From Desulfuromonadales bacterium (lineage in GTDB: Bacteria; Desulfobacterota; Desulfuromonadia; Desulfuromonadales; JACZKF01), in the NCBI GenBank assembly GCA_029289095.1, contig JARFUG010000002.1, positions 50,880 through 114,879 on the forward strand: 64,000 nt of DNA, written 5' to 3'. Under the pieces are notes generated by a model. That model made no database searches. It was not told the origin of the DNA and was given only the letters and a program-made list of their open reading frames with translations. The position numbers and the translations under genes were made by a program. Positions 19,068-27,199 of this stretch are shown here, piece after piece; within the stretch, counting starts at the first letter, position 1, and every line of letters begins with the position of its first letter.

Positions 19068-19472
19068 ATGAGCCTCAGTCTCACCCTGGCGGTGGACGAT
19101 CTCGATCGCACCGAGCGCTTCTACCGCGACGTGCTGCATTTCGCGGTGCAGCGCCTCGTCCCCGCCCAGGGGCGTCCGCCGGTGCTCCTGCTGCGCGAGG
19201 GGGACGCCACGATCCTCTTCAGGGAGAAGGAGGTCCTCGAGGCCCTGCACCCAGCCGCCTTTCAGCACCTCGACCGCCACCAGAGAGGGACGGGGATGAC
19301 CATCGAATTCACGGTGGGCGACCTGCGCCCCGTCAGCCGTTCCCTCTTCCGGCGCGAGTGGCCCGTCCTCTACGAACTGGAAGACGACGAGCACAACCGC
19401 CGCGAACTCTGGCTGCACGACCCAGACGGGTATGTGCTGGTGCTGATGGAGGAGGGGGGGGCAAAAGGATGA
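19068..19472 (+). CDS. VOC (glyoxalase/bleomycin-resistance/dioxygenase) family protein
   Basis: 134 aa with DLDRTERFYRDVLHF and WLHDPDGYVLVL. Confidence 0.75.
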   Translation: MSLSLTLAVDDLDRTERFYRDVLHFAVQRLVPAQGRPPVLLLREGDATILFREKEVLEALHPAAFQHLDRHQRGTGMTIEFTVGDLRPVSRSLFRREWPVLYELEDDEHNRRELWLHDPDGYVLVLMEEGGAKG

Positions 19473-19498
19473 AGACAGAAGACGGAAGACAGATGACA
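19471..19498 (+). repeat. Tandem heptamer array GAAGACA GAAGACG GAAGACA GATGACA
   Basis: Four 7-nt units. They start at the last base of the VOC gene's TGA stop codon (19470-19472). Confidence 0.8.
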
Positions 19499-19504
19499 GA
19501 TTCT

Positions 19505-19598
19505 CTCCCCCTCCTGGATCAGGAGGGGGTTGGGGGGTGGTAGAGATTGGCAAGGACCTTACCACCCCCAGCCCCTCCTAAAACAGGAGGGGAGAAAA
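19505..19598 (+). repeat. REP-like three-hairpin element, copy A
   Basis: H1 is CCCCCTCCTG-GAT-CAGGAGGGGG. H2 is GGGGGTGGTA-17nt-TACCACCCCC. H3 is CCCCTCCT-AAAAC-AGGAGGGG. The element is near-identical to copies at 23421 and 49877. Confidence 0.9.
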
Positions 19599-19637
19599 TC
19601 AAATGACGCCGCGAAGCGGCAGCTTAAAGGAGTCTGA

Positions 19638-20630
19638 ATGAGTGTATTGAAAGGACGGGGCGTTCCCGACCGCAGTGAGAACGACGGGACCGGGCTGGCG
19701 TGCAGGGGGGAAGTCCTGCACGTCCTCCATCTGCTGTCGCGCAGATATCTTCATGGGAAAGAGGAGGCGGTGCGCCTCTCGCTCATCGCCCTGCTCGCCG
19801 AAGGGCACCTGTTGCTCGAGGACATCCCCGGGGTCGGCAAGACGACGCTCGCCCTGGCCCTCTCCCACGCGCTGGGACTTTCCTTCGGGCGCATCCAGTG
19901 CACCAGCGACATCCTCCCCTCGGACATCACGGGGCTATCGATTTTCGACCGGGACGAGAGCCGCTTCCGCTTCGTTCACGGGCCAATCTTCCACAACCTC
20001 GTCCTCACCGACGAGATCAACCGCGCCATGCCCAAGACTCAGAGCGCCCTTCTCGAGGCGATGGAGGAGAGGCGCGTGACGGTGGAGGGAAAGACGTACC
20101 GTCTGCCCGACCCGTTCCTGGTGGTGGCCACCCAGAACCCCTCGGAGCAGGTGGGAACCTTTCCCCTGCCCGAATCGCAGCTCGACCGTTTTTTGATCAG
20201 CGCGGGTCTCGGCTATCCCCCTGCCGAGATCGAGAAGGCGATCATCCGCGGCGGGAGCATCCGCGAAGAGATCGAGAAAATTCCCCCGATCCTCGGCGCC
20301 GAGCAGATCGCCGCCGCGCGCCGCGCGGTGCGCGAGCAGATCCATCTGTCGGAGAAGGTCATCGACTACATCCACGCCCTGGTCTGCGCCACTCGCGAAC
20401 ACCGCTTCATCGCCTCGGGGATCTCTCCCCGCGGCGCCATCAGCCTTGCCGATGCGTCGAAGGCCGCAGCCTTTCTTGAGGGGCGCGACTACGTCGTTCC
20501 CGAGGATGTAAAGGCGCTGGCCGTCCCCGTCGGCGCACATCGCCTCATCCTGCGCGCCGAGCATGAACCGCTGAAGAAGAAGGAGGTGCTGAGATCGATC
20601 GTCGCCGATCTGCCGGTTCCCCGGGGGTGA
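19638..20630 (+). CDS. MoxR-family AAA+ ATPase
   Basis: 330 aa with Walker A EDIPGVGKTTLA, LVLTDEINRAMPKTQSALLEAMEE and ATQNPSEQ. AAGGAG lies upstream. Confidence 0.9.
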   Translation: MSVLKGRGVPDRSENDGTGLACRGEVLHVLHLLSRRYLHGKEEAVRLSLIALLAEGHLLLEDIPGVGKTTLALALSHALGLSFGRIQCTSDILPSDITGLSIFDRDESRFRFVHGPIFHNLVLTDEINRAMPKTQSALLEAMEERRVTVEGKTYRLPDPFLVVATQNPSEQVGTFPLPESQLDRFLISAGLGYPPAEIEKAIIRGGSIREEIEKIPPILGAEQIAAARRAVREQIHLSEKVIDYIHALVCATREHRFIASGISPRGAISLADASKAAAFLEGRDYVVPEDVKALAVPVGAHRLILRAEHEPLKKKEVLRSIVADLPVPRG

Positions 20631-21493
20631 AGCTCACCCGGGCGGGCATTCTCTATATCGTTTTGCTGCTCCTTCTCGGTTTCGGGGCGGTCAACACCGG
20701 AAACAACCTCCTCTACCTCATGGTGTCGGCCCTGCTCGGGCTCATGAGCGTCTCGGGCTTTCTAGGGCGCGCCAACCTGCGCTCGCTGGAAGTCGCCCTC
20801 GATCTCCCTGAAGAGATCTATGATGGCGTCGAAACCCTCGTCACCGTGCGCATAAAGAACCGCAGGCGAAAGCTTCCGGCCTTCCTGCTGCAGGTCGACC
20901 TGCAGGGCAGGAGCGCCCTCGTGCGCACCCTCGGCGCAGGGGATGAGGCGCGCGTCCCGGTCGCGACCGCCTTTCACGGCCGCGGCGCGCAGCGTCTCGC
21001 CGAGTTGCGCATCGCCTCCATCTTCCCGGTGAACTTCTTTGTGCGCTCCTTCGCCTTCCCCCTGGAGCGCGACTTCCTCGTCTTTCCCGCTCCGCACCCC
21101 TGCCGCTTCGCCTTCGGGTCGGAGCAGGCGCGAGAGGTGGGCGGGCCGACGCCGAAGGGACGGGGGGGAGACGGCGACCTGTGCCAGATCGACGATTACA
21201 CCGGAGCCGAGCCCCTCAAGCGCATTCACTGGAAGCTCTCCGCCCGCCAGGGGGAGCTGAAGGTCAAGCATACGGGGGCCACCGCCCGCGAGCCGGTCGT
21301 TCTCGATCCGGCGCTTCTTCCCGGCCGCGACCTGGAAGAGAAACTGCGCGGCGCGACCTGGCTCGTCAACCGGCTGATGCGCGAAGAGCGTCCGGTGGGG
21401 CTCAGGCTCGCCGATCGTCTCATCGCTCCGGCCGTATCGAGGGGGCACCGGATGCACCTCCTGCGGGAACTCGCATTGTATGGTCAGACTTAA
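20627..21493 (+). CDS. DUF58 domain protein (MoxR partner)
   Basis: The GTG start overlaps the MoxR stop (GTGA). There are two N-terminal TM helices and the motif DDYTGAEPLKRIHWKLSAR. Confidence 0.8.
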   Translation: MKLTRAGILYIVLLLLLGFGAVNTGNNLLYLMVSALLGLMSVSGFLGRANLRSLEVALDLPEEIYDGVETLVTVRIKNRRRKLPAFLLQVDLQGRSALVRTLGAGDEARVPVATAFHGRGAQRLAELRIASIFPVNFFVRSFAFPLERDFLVFPAPHPCRFAFGSEQAREVGGPTPKGRGGDGDLCQIDDYTGAEPLKRIHWKLSARQGELKVKHTGATAREPVVLDPALLPGRDLEEKLRGATWLVNRLMREERPVGLRLADRLIAPAVSRGHRMHLLRELALYGQT

Positions 21494-23390
21494 GACGCTC
21501 CTCAATCTGCTCGCCTACGGCGTTTCGTTGCTCGGCTTTCTCCCTCTGGCCGCGCACCTCGATGCTCCGGCGCTTGTTGCCTTTCCGCTGGCGCTCGTTG
21601 TCGGCGCCGTCTGGGACCGCCGGGAGGAATTCCCCCTCAAGCCCGGTTTCGCCACCCTCTTCACCGTGGCGGCCTTCGTCTTCTACGCCGCGCAGGTCAG
21701 CCGCGACCACCTCATCGAGCCGGCGGTCAATCTTCTCGTCCTGCTGCTGGCGGTGCGCCTTCTGAGCGCCAAGGGGGGGCGGGAATATCCCCAGATCTTC
21801 ACCCTCTCTCTCTTCGCCCTGGCCGCATCGTCGCTGCTGAGCCTGGGGATCGCCTACCTCTTCTACCTGGCGCCGATGATCGTGGGGATCACCGCCGGTC
21901 TTGTTCTTCTTTCCTTCTACAAGGTCGATCCGGAGGCGGTTCTGGAGCGCCGGGAGCTGCGCCGGCTCTCGGGGGTCTTTTTCGCCCTCCCCGCGACATC
22001 TCTTCTTCTGATGCTCGCCTTTTTCTTCATTCTACCCCGGACGCAGCAGCCGCTGTGGAATTTTCTTCAGCCCACGGCGGCGGCGAGCGGACTGAGCGAC
22101 CGGGTCATCCCCGGTTCTCTGGCCGGCGCCCTGGAGGAGAGACGTCCGGCGTTCCGCGTCCAGAGTCCTCCCCTCCCCCCGCAGGAGCTCTACTGGCGCG
22201 GCGTCGTCCTCAATCACCTGGACGATCGCGCCTGGGAGCGCAGAACGCCCCCCCGGGAAAGGACGCGCGTTGAAGGGGGGGAGGAGGTCCGGCAGACTTT
22301 CTTCCCCGAACCGGGTCCTTCCCAGTACCTGCCGCTCCTCGACCTCCCCCTCGAGCTGACGGGGGTGCGTCACCAGCGGGATGGGGACCTCGTCTTCAGC
22401 GGACGGCCGAGGGAGCGCCGCCTGAGCTACGAAGGGGTCTCGCTCTTCGGCGGCCGCCTGGTGGCGGAGGACGGGGTCGATCGCGAATTCTACCTGCAAC
22501 TGCCGCAGCAGATATCACCGCGGGTGGAGGCGGCCATCTCCCGGATCGTCTCAGCGGCAGCGGGGGATCGGGAGACGATCGCCGCGCTGGAAGATTTCTT
22601 CATTGAGCGCCGCCTTACCTATTCCCTCGACGCGGGGCTCCACGCCGAGGACCCGGTCGATCACTTCCTCTTCGAGAGCAGGCGGGGATACTGCGAGCAC
22701 TTCGCCACATCCTTCGTGCTGATGCTGCGCCGGGCCGGGATCCCCGCCCGGCTGGTCGGCGGCTACTACGGCGGGCACTACAACGCGATGGGCGGATACT
22801 ACCTGGTGAACGAGAGCCATGCCCACCTGTGGGTCGAGGCGCTGGTCGACGGACGGGAATGGGTGCGCCTCGACCCGACGACCCTCTCCCACAACGCCGC
22901 GCAGGCCTTCGGGGGGTCGGGACTGAACTGGCGACGGGGCCTTCTCGATGCCGTCGACCACTTCTGGAACCGCATCGTCATCACCTACGACCTGCAGCAG
23001 CAGATCGAGCTCTTTCGCAAAGCCGGGGAACGGGCCGCCCCCGAACGATGGAGCGCCCCAAGCCTTCCATCGGCGGCCGCCCTGGCCGGAGTCGCACTCA
23101 TCGTCGCGCTCCCTTTCATGCTGCGCGGCGCAGGGAACCTAAGAGGGCGCGAGCAGCGCCTTCTGCGGCGCTACCTGAACCTGGTGCGCCGGCGTCACAA
23201 ACTGGCGGAGATCCCCCCCTCGATGGGGCTGCAGGAGCTCGCCGAGCAGGTCGACGACCCTGCCTGCCGGCGCTTCGCCGCCATCTTCGGAGGGGCGATC
23301 TACCACGACAGACCGCTGTCGGAGGAGGAGTTCAGGGAGTGCAGGGAGGTGATGAAAAGGGTGGGGAGGAGGGGCAAGGATGAGGGATGA
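21480..23390 (+). CDS. Membrane transglutaminase-like protein (TgpA/DUF3488-type), with an intact catalytic Cys-His-Asp
   Basis: 636 aa. It has multiple N-terminal TM helices, then RRGYCEHFATSF, SHAHLWVE and VRLDPT. Confidence 0.85.
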   Translation: MVRLKTLLNLLAYGVSLLGFLPLAAHLDAPALVAFPLALVVGAVWDRREEFPLKPGFATLFTVAAFVFYAAQVSRDHLIEPAVNLLVLLLAVRLLSAKGGREYPQIFTLSLFALAASSLLSLGIAYLFYLAPMIVGITAGLVLLSFYKVDPEAVLERRELRRLSGVFFALPATSLLLMLAFFFILPRTQQPLWNFLQPTAAASGLSDRVIPGSLAGALEERRPAFRVQSPPLPPQELYWRGVVLNHLDDRAWERRTPPRERTRVEGGEEVRQTFFPEPGPSQYLPLLDLPLELTGVRHQRDGDLVFSGRPRERRLSYEGVSLFGGRLVAEDGVDREFYLQLPQQISPRVEAAISRIVSAAAGDRETIAALEDFFIERRLTYSLDAGLHAEDPVDHFLFESRRGYCEHFATSFVLMLRRAGIPARLVGGYYGGHYNAMGGYYLVNESHAHLWVEALVDGREWVRLDPTTLSHNAAQAFGGSGLNWRRGLLDAVDHFWNRIVITYDLQQQIELFRKAGERAAPERWSAPSLPSAAALAGVALIVALPFMLRGAGNLRGREQRLLRRYLNLVRRRHKLAEIPPSMGLQELAEQVDDPACRRFAAIFGGAIYHDRPLSEEEFRECREVMKRVGRRGKDEG

Positions 23391-23412
23391 GGGATGCAGA
23401 GGACGGAGGACT
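23378..23412 (+). repeat. Tandem heptamer array GGATGAG GGATGAG GGATGCA GAGGACG GAGGACT
   Basis: Five 7-nt units. The transglutaminase stop codon TGA (23388-23390) lies inside unit 2. Confidence 0.8.
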
Positions 23413-23420
23413 GCCTTTGT

Positions 23421-23512
23421 CTCCCCCTCCTGGATCAGGAGGGGGTCGGGGGGTGGTAGAGGTTGGCAAGGACCTTACCACCCCCAGCCCCTCCTAAAAT
23501 AGGAGGGGAGAA
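23421..23512 (+). repeat. REP-like three-hairpin element, copy B
   Basis: It has the same three hairpins as copy A. The differences are confined to the linker and the H2/H3 loops. Confidence 0.9.
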
Positions 23513-23534
23513 AAACCAGAAAACCAAAGGACAA

Positions 23535-23623
23535 ATGACGGCCGCGCCAGCGGCCTGACGCCGCCGAAGGCGGCTGACCAATGACACCGCGCAGCGGTTG
23601 ACGCGCGGCAGCGGCGGCTGCGC
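23535..23623. repeat. Array of short GC hairpins, each preceded by TGAC
   Basis: The sequence reads ATGAC-GGCCGCgccaGCGGCC, TGAC-GCCGCCgaaGGCGGC, TGACcaATGAC-ACCGCgcaGCGGT, TGAC-GCGCGGCAGCGGCGGCTGCGC. It lies between convergent genes. A single unit (ATGACGCCGCGAAGCGGC) also follows copy A at 19603. Confidence 0.65.
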
Positions 23624-23632
23624 AAAGCGCCC

Positions 23633-24904
23633 TCAGTCCTCTGCCTTCCTGGGCGGCCTGCGCCGTCTGCGCCGTCGGCGCTTCTGGGCCGCGGGGGGCT
23701 CGGTCTCTTCTGCCGAAGACGCTCTTCCCTTGAGCTTTTGATGCCAGGCCGCGAGGAGTTTTCCGTCCTCTCCCGTCGCTTCGCTCCAGAGAGTGAGAAG
23801 TTGCAGGGCGTTGGGTGTCTGAGGGTGCTGCAGGAAGCGGCGTTCGCCGCGCTGGCCAGGGCCGCGCCGCAGGCGGAAGATGCCGATGAGGAATTCTCTG
23901 GCCTGGTGACGGATGCCGGCGGCGACGTGGAAGTAGCGGCAATGGGGCGAGAGGACGAGTCCGGCGATGCGTACAACGTCGGTGACGGTCGCCTGGGGGG
24001 GGCATGCGCGCAGAAAGCGGGAGAGATAGAGGGCAGCGAGGGCGAAGGGCTCTTCGATGGGAGTCCCGCCGGCGGTTCGCTCGTCGAGCTTTTCAAGCAG
24101 GGCGAAGGTCGCCTCGTCCCCCTCGTGGCCGGCCAGCAGATGGGGAAGAAGCCCCATGGAGGCGGCGCTTCGCAGGACCTCTCCGGCCACTTTGTGGCGG
24201 AAGAGCTCCATGATCTCTTCGCGGATGCGGGCGGGGGCCGCCTCGGCGATGAGGGGAGCGCGGGCGTAGATCCCCTCGCGGGTCTGCTCGTCGAGAGAGA
24301 AGCCGAGACGGGCAGCGAACTCGAGAGCCCGCAGCATTCGCACGGGATCTTCGGTGAATCGCACCAGCGGATCGCCGATGATGCGCAGACGCCGGGCCGC
24401 CAGATCTTCCAGCCCCCCAACATAGTCGATGACGGAGAAGTCGCCGATGTCGTAGAAGAGGGCGTTGATGGTGAAATCCCGACGAAAGGCATCCTCCTGC
24501 GGAGTGCCGAAAACATTCTCGACGAAGTGGCCGTGATCCTCTGGGCTCTCCGGAAGATCGTCCGCCGTCGCCATGCGGCGGAATGTGGCGACCTCGACCA
24601 CCTCTTTGCCGAAGCGCACGTGGGCCAGACGAAAGCGCCGCCCAATCAGGAAACAGTTGCGGAAGAGCTTCTTCACCTGCTCGGGGGTGGCGTCGGTGCC
24701 GACGTCGAAGTCTTTCGGCGTGCGCCCCAGAAGAAGGTCGCGCACACTCCCTCCGACCAGGTAGGCCTTGAAGCCGCTGCGGTGCAGGCGGTAGAGGACC
24801 TTGAGCGTTTCCGGGTCGATGCTCTGGCGGGAAATCGGGTGTTCGGCGCGGGGGAGGATGACGGCCGGGGGATAGCTGGGAGTGATGGCGTGCTCTGGTG
24901 TCAT
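23633..24904 (-). CDS. pcnB: Poly(A) polymerase I
   Basis: 423 aa with LKVLYRLHRSGFKAYLVGGSVRDLLLGRTPKDFDVGTDATPEQV and RRFRLAHVRFG, plus a basic tail KRRRRRRRRPPRK. Confidence 0.85.
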   Translation of the reverse strand: MTPEHAITPSYPPAVILPRAEHPISRQSIDPETLKVLYRLHRSGFKAYLVGGSVRDLLLGRTPKDFDVGTDATPEQVKKLFRNCFLIGRRFRLAHVRFGKEVVEVATFRRMATADDLPESPEDHGHFVENVFGTPQEDAFRRDFTINALFYDIGDFSVIDYVGGLEDLAARRLRIIGDPLVRFTEDPVRMLRALEFAARLGFSLDEQTREGIYARAPLIAEAAPARIREEIMELFRHKVAGEVLRSAASMGLLPHLLAGHEGDEATFALLEKLDERTAGGTPIEEPFALAALYLSRFLRACPPQATVTDVVRIAGLVLSPHCRYFHVAAGIRHQAREFLIGIFRLRRGPGQRGERRFLQHPQTPNALQLLTLWSEATGEDGKLLAAWHQKLKGRASSAEETEPPAAQKRRRRRRRRPPRKAED

Positions 24905-25050
24905 GAACCTGACGCTTCGGTGGATTCAGGAACATCTCGATAGTTCGCAGATCGCCTGATCTCCACAAGGTAGCAGATCAGCGTTCCAAAGAAAAGACCT
25001 AAGAATGCAAGTGATTGATTTACACCGCGTGAAACGCTAGAGTGCCGGTC

Positions 25051-26016
25051 ATGAACAGCGCGAAAACTTTTGATCTTCTCGTCGTCCTCGGCCCGACCGC
25101 CTCCGGAAAGACCCGCCTCGCCGTCGAGCTCGCCCGGCGCCTCGGCGGCGAAATCGTCTCTGCAGATTCCCGCCAGGTCTTCCGGGGGATGGACATCGGA
25201 ACCGGGAAGGATCTCGCCGAGTACGGCGAGATCCCCCACCACCTCCTCGATATCGCCGATCCGGGAACGGAATTCAGCGTTTTCGACTTCCAGCGCCTTT
25301 TTTTCCGGGTGTTCGAAGAGATCCGTGACCGCGGGGCGCTGCCGATCCTCGCCGGCGGGACCGGGCTCTACCTCGATGCGGTGCTGCGGGGCTACCGCCT
25401 CGTGGAGGTCCCCCGCAACGAGGCGCTGCGCGCCGAACTCGCCCCGCTCTCGCTGGAGGCCCTCGGCGAGCGCCTTCGCCTGACAGGCAAGAACCTCCAC
25501 AACACCACCGATCTGCTCCACAGGGAGCGCCTGGTGAGGGCCATCGAGATCGCCGCGGGGGAAGAGGCCTCACAGGCTGAGCTTCCTCCACTGCCGCAGA
25601 TCCGCCCCCTCGTCCTGGGGATCGCCTGGGAGCGCGAGGAACTGCGCCGGCGCATCGCGGCGCGGCTGCGTGCGCGCATGACCGAGGGGATGGTGGAGGA
25701 AGCTGAGCGCCTGCACGCCGGCGGTCTGCCGTGGGAAACGATGGAGTACTACGGCCTCGAGTACCGCTTTCTGGCCCGGCTCCTCAAGGGGGAGATCAAC
25801 CGCAACGACATGATTCAGAAGCTCACCAGCGCCATCTGCGAGTTCGCCAAGAAGCAGCAGACGTGGTTCCGGCGCATGGAGCGGCAGGGGACGGTGATTC
25901 ACTGGGTGAACGGAGAAACCGATCCGCTGCGCGAAGCGATGGATGTGCTCAGAAGGATGCAGCATTCAGGCGAGAGAACCCCTTTGGATTTGACATCTCG
26001 GCGAAGTGATGGGTAG
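25051..26016 (+). CDS. miaA: tRNA dimethylallyltransferase
   Basis: It has GPTASGKTRLAVELARRLGGEIVSADSRQVFRGMDIGTGK and PHHLLD. The start is either ATG 25051 or GTG 25042, and neither has a clear RBS. Confidence 0.85.
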   Translation: MNSAKTFDLLVVLGPTASGKTRLAVELARRLGGEIVSADSRQVFRGMDIGTGKDLAEYGEIPHHLLDIADPGTEFSVFDFQRLFFRVFEEIRDRGALPILAGGTGLYLDAVLRGYRLVEVPRNEALRAELAPLSLEALGERLRLTGKNLHNTTDLLHRERLVRAIEIAAGEEASQAELPPLPQIRPLVLGIAWEREELRRRIAARLRARMTEGMVEEAERLHAGGLPWETMEYYGLEYRFLARLLKGEINRNDMIQKLTSAICEFAKKQQTWFRRMERQGTVIHWVNGETDPLREAMDVLRRMQHSGERTPLDLTSRRSDG

Positions 26017-26074
26017 AGTGATCGGCGCGACGGTCGCCACCGGCGGATCGTCCTGGAAAACAAGGAGAAATTGC

Positions 26075-27196
26075 ATGCATCGCCGTATCGCTCCGCGCCC
26101 CTGGATCATCGCGGTTCTTTGCGCCTTGACGGCGCTCCTTTCGGCCTGCGACAACACCGCGCAGCAGGAGACGAGACGCGAGCCGCCGCCGGTCCCCGTG
26201 ATCCTGGGCGAGGCGCAGAGCCGCCGGGTCGAGCGCACTCTCGAGCAGGTCGGCACCCTCGCCGCCCCCCAGGATGTCACGCTGCGGGCCGAAATGGACG
26301 GGCGCGTGGTGGAGATCGCTTTTGCCGAGGGGCGCGAGGTGCGCCGCGGCGAGGTTCTGGTGCGTCTCGATGCCGAGCGCAACCGGGCAGGGATCTTCGC
26401 CCTGGAAGCGCAGATCCAGGAGCTCAACGCCCGCCTGCAGAACAAGGTGCGCACCCTGGAGCGAAACCGTCCGTTGCTCGAACAGAAGCTGATTTCTCGG
26501 CTGCACTTCGACAATCTCGAGACCGAGATCGCCGAGGTCGAAGCCCAGATCGAGCAGGCGCGAGCCAATATCGCACGGGAAAAAGTCCTTCTCGGATACG
26601 CCTCCATCCGAGCCCCCTTCACCGGGGTCGCCGGTGCGCGCATCGTCTCCCCCGGCGCCTTTCTCAGGGCTGGAGACCCCGTGGCGACGGTGGTCGCTCT
26701 CGACCCCCTCGAGATATCCTTCCAGGTCCCCGAGCGGCTAAAGCCCAAGATCACCTTCGACCAGCCGGTGATCCTGCGGGTCGACCCGTACCCTGAAGCT
26801 CAGTTCACCGGCTACATCACTTTCATCTCCCCGAGCATCGATGTCGGCACGCGCACCTTCCAGGTCAAGGCGCAGGTCGACAATGCAGCCTCTTTGCTGA
26901 GCCCGGGGATGTTCGCGCGGGTGAGCGTCGTCACCGACGTCTTCGAGGAGGCGATCACCGTTCCCTGGGAGAGCGTCATCCAGACCGAGAGCGAGACTTA
27001 TCTCTACACGGTGGACAACGACACCGCCCGCAAGATTCCGGTGCGCCTGGGGGTCGTCACGCCACAGTGGGCGCAGTTGCTGGACACCGGACTGCGCCCG
27101 GGAGACCCGGTGATCGTGGAGGGGAAATTCGCCGCCCGCGATGGCGCGAAGATCGCCCCCCGGAGACCGGCCACAGCCGGGGGGACGGGAGAGTAG
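26075..27196 (+). CDS. RND efflux periplasmic adaptor (membrane fusion protein), lipoprotein
   Basis: ORF 26006..27196 trimmed to ATG 26075, with AAGGAG upstream. It has the lipobox LLSAC and coiled-coil plus beta-barrel MFP features. Confidence 0.85.
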   Translation: MHRRIAPRPWIIAVLCALTALLSACDNTAQQETRREPPPVPVILGEAQSRRVERTLEQVGTLAAPQDVTLRAEMDGRVVEIAFAEGREVRRGEVLVRLDAERNRAGIFALEAQIQELNARLQNKVRTLERNRPLLEQKLISRLHFDNLETEIAEVEAQIEQARANIAREKVLLGYASIRAPFTGVAGARIVSPGAFLRAGDPVATVVALDPLEISFQVPERLKPKITFDQPVILRVDPYPEAQFTGYITFISPSIDVGTRTFQVKAQVDNAASLLSPGMFARVSVVTDVFEEAITVPWESVIQTESETYLYTVDNDTARKIPVRLGVVTPQWAQLLDTGLRPGDPVIVEGKFAARDGAKIAPRRPATAGGTGE

Positions 27197-27199
27197 GCG

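Noticed and set aside
18212-19111. A 299-aa minus-strand ORF spanning the folK region.
   Set aside because: Most of it is an alternative frame of folK. Only the last 86 codons, a TM helix plus a YHS/TRASH-like Cys motif from ATG 18472, look like a real gene, and I called that part separately.
19471-19498. The heptamer and octamer tandem arrays, considered as CRISPR-like arrays.
   Set aside because: The units are 7-8 nt with no spacers, and there are no cas genes. They are simple tandem repeats.
19603-19641. A 12-codon uORF (MTPRSGSLKESE) whose TGA overlaps the MoxR ATG, downstream of the AGGAGG in REP hairpin 3.
   Set aside because: The ATGACG start is part of the repeated TGAC-hairpin unit, which is also present after REP copy B where it gives a different 7-codon ORF. 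The peptide is not conserved between copies, so it is probably coincidental.
23494-24968. Alternative-frame ORFs over pcnB (23494..24645 minus, 24093..24968 minus, 23738..24943 plus).
   Set aside because: The frame 23633..24904 gives a canonical poly(A) polymerase. The other frames are Arg/Pro/Ser-rich artefacts.
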